A DNA stretch of 63,900 nucleotides, the filler included, from Bonamia ostreae (Eukaryota), in assembly GCA_040357525.1 (NCBI GenBank). It is 18 parts of 18 records of this genome, joined end to end, with 100 filler letters (N's around TTAATTAATTAA, not from the genome) between each part and the next. Parts side by side here need not be neighbours in the genome. Positions count along the whole stretch, not along the records: positions 60,492 to 63,900 come from JBDODL010000513.1; 17 more parts are not named here. The stretch is one strand, 5' to 3'. The position numbers and the translations under genes are program-made. Each line of letters starts with the position of its first letter. Position 1 is the first letter of the stretch. Under the pieces are notes generated by a model. That model made no database searches, was not told the origin of the DNA, and saw only the letters and a list, made by a program, of their open reading frames with translations. This document shows, piece after piece, positions 63,845-63,900 of the stretch.

Positions 63845-63900
63845 TGGCGTAGATGATAAAATAAATTGTTGAATTTTATATTTTGTTTTAGATAAAAAAG

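Overview
Eukaryotic, very AT-rich, gene-dense DNA from a compact protist genome. It is not one locus: it is 18 unrelated contigs of about 3.4-3.5 kb, sorted by decreasing size and joined by artificial 100-nt spacers (N44-TTAATTAATTAA-N44), so neighbourhoods across spacers mean nothing. About 40 genes are recognisable once very short spliceosomal introns (many 19-25 nt, usually GTTT...AAG/TAG) are removed. They include TERT, ARF1, NKAP, TAF9, COQ2, UTP7, SBDS, LST8, C1D, uL16m, organellar POP DNA polymerase, cullin, ferlin, TRAP1, RPA49 and MICU1, plus an intact non-LTR retrotransposon ORF. Micro-introns, an ARF insertion, POP and mitochondrial genes suggest a rhizarian parasite such as a Bonamia-like haplosporidian (inference only). 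The most notable items are an in-frame AP endonuclease (ExoIII)-uracil-DNA glycosylase fusion, a divergent micro-intron splice code, introns inflated by minisatellites, unusual domain fusions (SAM-PUB-A20-AN1; HMG box-histone fold) and structured intronic elements. Exon boundaries were inferred by hand.
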